Assembly (NCBI RefSeq): GCF_001194135.2
Contig: NC_068988.1
Location: forward strand, 57,469,885-57,507,044
Origin: Octopus bimaculoides
Lineage: Eukaryota
Length of the DNA stretch: 37,160 bases
Direction of reading: 5' to 3'
Below the pieces are notes generated by a model, which did not search any database, was not told where the DNA came from, and was given only the letters and a program-made list of their open reading frames with translations. Shown here in pieces: positions 31,730 to 37,160 of the stretch. Position 1 is the first letter of the stretch. Each line of letters opens with the position of its first letter. Position numbers and translations under genes: made by a program.

Positions 31730-33990
31730 CTCAGAAACTTGATTTTTGAAGCAGGTTGAAAAATAACAGCAAACCCAAAATATATGAAAAGTGGATTAAT
31801 TTAACATATATTATCCTTTCCAGGAAATAGCAAATTACATCAAACCTATCCCTAATAAACCTGAACAACAAAGAAAACTTAGAGAAGATGGATCTAGACA
31901 AATTCAAAATGGAATTCAGACTATTCTGATTAAGGGTTAATGCCAATGAACAAAAACTTAAACTGACCAATGAAAAAATAGAAGGGAAAAATTTCAAAAC
32001 GAAAAAAAGTCAGTGGCTCACTTTATGAAAACACCAATAAAATGTAGAGAGAAAATGATGAATTAATATCTCATCATCAGAATGTTTTTTTAATTATGAA
32101 ACTGAATTCAAAACATAATATAGTGATAGCCTATTTTTAAATGAAGCTAAAAGTCTACAAACCTTACTGACAAATGTTAAAAGTATTAAACAAATTAAAC
32201 TTATATTCATTAAGGATACCAAAATAATGGCTTCAAATTTTGACACAAGGCCAGTAGGTTTGGAGAGAGGGGCTAAAGGGATTACATCAACCTCAGTATT
32301 CAACTAGTACTTATTTTATCAGGAATTTGGACTCAGAATGTAAAGATGGACAAAATGCCGCTAAGCATTTTTCCCAGCTGACTGAAAATAATACCAAAAT
32401 AATAACATCAATTCCAGGATATATAGACATTTGTAGTAACCCCACTCAAAAAATCCCAAAATTCACTTTTTCAAGGATCCCAACATACATAAGGGAACAG
32501 GAATTACAACTTGTAAAACAATCCTTGACAGAACCAGTGCCAATCTGGTTCCAAGAACAAATACAAATGCTACAGATATCCTGATAAAAACAAAAACCTG
32601 ACAATGGATGTAGAAATGCCAAAAGAATGACAAACTTAAAAGATTATTTTTGTTTCTAGGTCCAGTCAACAGAATTCATGACACAAAGTGGTACAAATTG
32701 AAAATAATCTATCTTTCATACAAAAACCTCTCAACACAACAAATTCATGTTCTTTCAAAGGCTTAAAATTCACTCCACCAGCAGAATGGCCTATTCTGTA
32801 CAAAATTATGTCTAACAGAAGAATTATTTGACATGGAAAACAATGTACAAAAAAAAAGCAATTTCAACCCAATATTATGTAGAAACAATGCATTAGATAA
32901 ATTTTCTGGTTTTAATTCCAACTTCTCTATCAAGCTCTGAATCTAATTCCAGCATGAGTCAAAAGGAATGAGAAATTATCCATGAACTCAAAAACAACAA
33001 TGACATCATAATTAAAGAAACAGATAAGAAATATGCTGTAGTCATTATGGATATTGAATACTAAAAAATGCTCTTTTATCTCCACTAGAAGACACCACCT
33101 ATTATGAAAAGATAAGCAAGTACTAAGCATTGCAAACAATGAAGAAACTTAGCATCTTCATTCACCTACACCAAAAAGGTTTAACAAATAAGGAATGCAG
33201 CTATATAATGGACTTTGAATGCAAAACCAGTGATCTATATGGACTCCTTAAAATTCACAAGAGCAAAACAATGTACAACACCTGTAAAGAATCAACTTTA
33301 TATGTATAAACATATCACCTCCCAGTGATCTTAAATTAAGACAATTTGTAGTGAGCCCAACCTAGGAAATGTACAGATTCAGCAACTTTGTAGACATACT
33401 GCAGAAATTTATCCTGAAACTCATACCAAGCCATATTAGGGATGACTTGGCCCTGTTAAGCTACCACCAAAAAAAGAAAAATGATAAAAACACTATGATT
33501 GAATTATTTGATATAACAAACCTCTATACTACAATACCCCACACAACTGTGAAAATTCTCCTATGAAATCTTAAGCTGAATAGGGAAAAAGATTAATTAA
33601 TGAGTTAAACTCATCCAACAAAATAACTTTTTCAACTTCAAAGGCATTTACAAATATTTGAGATTGCAATGGGGACAAAGTTTGCCCCAGCTTACATCTG
33701 TTTAGTCATAGCATATCTAGATGTCCAAATATATGAACAATCTAGACTAAAGTATGGCACCAGCTTCTATAAATATGAATTAGAAAATTGAAAATAATTT
33801 CCAATTATTTGGATGATTACTTTATTCTATGGACTTGATCAACTTAACAATTTCAAAATCCTAATTAATAACATAAATAATAAACAGTTCACAATGGAAT
33901 AGAGTCACAATCAACTACTCTTCTTGGCTATTTCGATCTTCAGAATAAGGTACAAACATCAAATCCAGAATTCACTACAAACCAATGAAC
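31730..33990 (+). pseudogene. Decayed Penelope-like retroelement ORF (RT), 3'-truncated before the GIY-YIG domain
   Basis: LSK/GLKFTPP ~32752-32780; DIIIKETDKKYAVVIMD 33002-33052; LYGLLKIHK 33235-33261; LFDITNLYTTIPH 33504-33542; AMGTKFAPAY to 33695; YLDDYFILW 33806-33832; many stops and frameshifts. Confidence 0.85.
32229..32390 (-). mobile_element. Internally deleted SINE family B copy with 13-bp TSD, inserted into the Penelope-like remnant
   Basis: ATACCAAAATAAT at 32216-32228 and 32391-32403. Confidence 0.75.
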
Positions 33991-34382
33991 AAACAGAAGA
34001 CAGAGGAATGAGAAAGAGATAAAGAAAGAGTAGAAAACTATTGGAAGAAAAAAAGAAAGGAAGAAGAGGTAAGAAAAAGTAAAGTATTCACTGAACTAAG
34101 ATAACAATTAATACAATTAGATATGATAGCATGATTGAGAAAGCATATATCTATGCAGAAAGGTGTTGAAAATGACTAAGAAAAGTGTAAGATTTATGAT
34201 TTATATAAGCAGCTGACCAAATGGAGAAATACAGAAGCATAAAAGAGAAAGAAGCAAATGCATTGCCCAAACTTAAATACAACAAGTCTGGGGGCTGAGA
34301 TCAGGTCGTGTGTGGCTAACATGTAAATTGATTTTCACCAGAAGGTTGGTTTTCTTTTTTATTTTATCTTATTTTATTTTAC

Positions 34383-34452
34383 CCTGCTATTGTTCAGTAT
34401 TTGATGAAGAGTAGCATGTGAAAAGCACAAATAATAGTGCAAATGGAAGCAG
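34383..34452 (-). CDS. Possible further upstream exon CFHLHYYLCFSHATLHQILNNSR, phase 2 to 0
   Basis: Acceptor tttaatttattcag and donor AGG|GTAAAA, but the phase does not join 30919 directly; it needs an unseen exon or is spurious. Confidence 0.3.
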
Positions 34453-34469
34453 CTGAATAAATTAAATGT

Positions 34470-34848
34470 ATATGTATGTATGCAAGTGTGTGTGTGTATG
34501 TAGTATGAGTGTAAGTGTGCGTGTATGTGAGTAGATATGTGTGTTGCATGTGAGTAGATGTGTGTGTTATATGCGTGTAAGTGTGTATGTGAGTAGATAN
34601 NNNNNNNNNNNNNNNNNNNNNNNNNNNNNNNNNNNNNNNNNNNNNNNNNNNNNNNNNNNNNNNNNNNNNNNNNNNNNNNTGTATGCAAGTGTGTATGTGA
34701 GTAGATGTGTGTGTTATATGCGTGTAAGTGTGTATGTGAGTAGATATGTGTGTTGTTTGCATGAGGTGTGTATGTGAGTAGATGTGTGTGTTGTATGTGT
34801 GCATGTGTATATGTGAGTAGATATTTGTGTTGTATGTATGCAAGTGTG
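34470..34848. repeat. ~36-39-bp TG-rich minisatellite (gtgtgtatgtgagtagat core) spanning a gap
   Basis: Seen directly. Confidence 0.8.
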
Positions 34849-35416
34849 TTAAGTTCGTTTTGCAACTACATGGTTTTGGGGTTCAGTCCTATGTGTCATC
34901 TTAGGCATGTGTCTGTTAGTATGGCCTCCGGTGACAAATGAGTTGAGGGCGGAAATGGTTGGTATGTATGTGTGTGTGTGTGTGTGTGTGTATGCACAGG
35001 TGTGGCATGTGTGTGTTTGTGTGTATAAGTGAATGACAATGTGTATATACATGCCTTCAGTATATGTTTGTGCATTGTGTATGCTGTGCAGGCTCAGAGT
35101 CTCAGATGCAGCAGGCATCTTGCATTTGACTTTGACCTGAGGCATTGCCCCAGCATGGCCACAGTCCAGTGACTGAAACAAGTAAAAGAATAAACGAAAT
35201 GAATAAACACACACATACACACACCATAATCAGATGTAAAATTAACCAGCTACATTGTTGTTCAACCTGACAGAAATAGCAGTCAAACTGCTCTGATCCT
35301 AGGTTCCATAAAAATGAGGAAAAGATGATATTGCTATGGCTAGAATGCCTTTGATTATTGATCCGCTTGATCAAGGTTGCCCTGCAAGCGATCAACAAAA
35401 GACATATATACATATA

Positions 35417-35579
35417 GGCGCAGGAGTGGCTGTGTGGTAAGTAGCTTGCTTACCAACCACATGGTTCTGGGTTCAGTCCCACTGCGTGGCACCTTGGGCA
35501 AGTATCTTCTACTATAGCCTCGGGCCGACCGAAGCCCTGTGAGTGGATTTGGTAGACGGAAACTAAAAGAAGCCCATTG

Positions 35580-35633
<54 letters not shown>

Positions 35634-35842
35634 TTTGTGTCTGTGTTTGTCCCCTCCACTATCGCTTGACAACCGATGCTGGTGTGTTTACGTCCCTGTA
35701 ACTTAGCGGTTCGGCAAAAGAGACCGATAGAATAAGTACTAGGCTTACAAAGAATAAATCCTGGGGTCGATTTGTTCGACTAAAGACGGTGCTCCAGCAT
35801 GACCGCAGTCAAATGACTGAAACAAGTAAAAGAGTAAAAGAG
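35417..35842 (+). mobile_element. Youngest-looking full-length SINE family A copy (CpG-rich)
   Basis: ggcgcaggagtggctgtgtggtaag...gggttcagtccc...(TA)n(TG)n...gactgaaacaagtaaaagagtaaaagag. Confidence 0.9.
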
Positions 35843-36044
35843 AGTTACATAGGGTCTAATGAATTGTTTCCAGAAACAAAAGAAAAAACACATTACTGTG
35901 TGGCTATGAAGTTTGCTTATCAACCTTGTGATTTCAGTTTCAATCATCCTATGGTGCAATACTTTCAGCAAGTGTTTCCAAACACAGCCATGGCTGAGCA
36001 AAACGTTGCAAGTAGGATTTGGTAAGCAGAAATTTTGGCTATGT

Positions 36045-36159
36045 GGTAAGAAGCTTGCTTCCCTAACACATGGTTCTGCATTCAGTCCCACTGAATGGCA
36101 CCCTGGGCCAAGCAAAGCCTTGTAAGTGGGATTGGTGGACAAACTGAAAGAAGCCTGTC

Positions 36160-36200
<41 letters not shown>
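36045..36200 (+). mobile_element. SINE family A head fragment (other fragments at 10755-10870 -, 18932-19062 +, 21022-21118 -, 34845-34935 +, 36880-37090 +)
   Basis: ggctatgtggtaagaagcttgcttccc...cagtcccact. Confidence 0.7.
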
Positions 36201-36202
<2 letters not shown>

Positions 36203-36286
36203 AACACACACATACACACATATATAAGAGAGTATTGTAGTCTACTTCATGCATTGTGCATTGTTTGACAAATATAATGTGTCTTG

Positions 36287-36674
36287 TTGTTGTTGGCACT
36301 CCGTCGCTTACGACGTCGAGGGTTCCAGTTGATCCAATCAATGGAACAGCCTGCTCGTGAAATTAACGTGCAAGTGGCTGAGCACTCCACAGCCACGTGT
36401 ACCCTTAACGTAGTTCTTGGGGAGATTCAGCATGACAAAGAGTGTGACAAGGCTGGCCCTTTGAATTACAGGCACAACAGAAACAGGAAGTAAGAGTGAG
36501 AGAAAGTTGTGGTGGAAGAATACAGCAGGGTTCACCACCATCCCCTGCCGGAGCCTTGTGGAGCTTTAGGTGTTTTCGCTCAATAAACACTCACAACGCC
36601 TGGTCTGAGAATCAAAACCACAATCCTATGACCGCGAGTCCGCTGCCCTAACCACTGGGCCATTGCACCTCCAC
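36287..36674 (-). mobile_element. Full-length tRNA-derived SINE (family F) with (CAA)n tail and 11-bp TSD
   Basis: Minus-strand head ggtgcaatggcccagtggttagggcagcggactc; AATGTGTCTTG at 36276-36286 and 36675-36685. Confidence 0.85.
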
Positions 36675-36678
36675 AATG

Positions 36679-36836
36679 TGTCTTGAATGGCACAACATTG
36701 CAGAGGGGACTATAATAACTTAATTATCCATAGTTTGACATAATATTTCAGAAAATTAAAAATTCCTTCTTCAGATATTGCTAGGAATTGATCAAGTTAT
36801 TATAGTCCACTCTGCATTGTTGTGCCATTCAAGACA
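36679..36836. mobile_element. MITE with 43-bp inverted arms
   Basis: 36679-36721 vs the reverse complement of 36794-36836: 41/43 identical. Confidence 0.8.
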
Positions 36837-37160
36837 TGTTATATCACTCACACACACACATACACACAAGTGTGTGTGTGTCTGTGTTTGTCCATCGCCC
36901 CTGCTTAACAACCAGTGATGGTATGTTTACATCCCCGTAACTTAGTGGTTTGGTAAAAGAGATTAGTAGAAAAAGTACACAGCTTAAAAAAAGTAAAATG
37001 ACTGAGGTCAACTGATTCAAGTAAAAGTTCTTCATGGCAGTGCCCCAGCATGGCCGCAGTCTTACAACAGAAACAAGTAAAAGACGAAAGAAGTTTGTTG
37101 TATATGTAAGCTTATATATATGCATATATATATGCATATATATATATATATATATATATA

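Overview
AT-rich, repeat-dense animal genomic DNA from a draft assembly with 7 N-gaps. The repeat families and microsatellite load suggest a coleoid cephalopod, probably Octopus; this is recognition from memory, not a database hit. Nearly all ORF-track entries are microsatellite, gap or SINE artefacts. The real coding signal is a minus-strand spliced gene that the ORF track largely misses. Twelve GT-AG exons between 30919 and 285 join into one open frame of 1050 nt (~350 aa, both ends outside the resolved chain). I cannot assign the protein to a family. Its introns hold at least six SINE families (CORE-like, Nin/Deu-like, and a bipartite family with an internal microsatellite), mariner- and piggyBac-type MITEs, a decayed RTE-type LINE and a decayed Penelope-like RT. 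The most interesting signal is three minimal type-I hammerhead-ribozyme motifs of the Penelope-associated, dimer-dependent kind (6718, 12006, 23961). One of them is the tail of a tRNA-headed element, and two sit in insertions with an inverted partial duplication at the 5' side.
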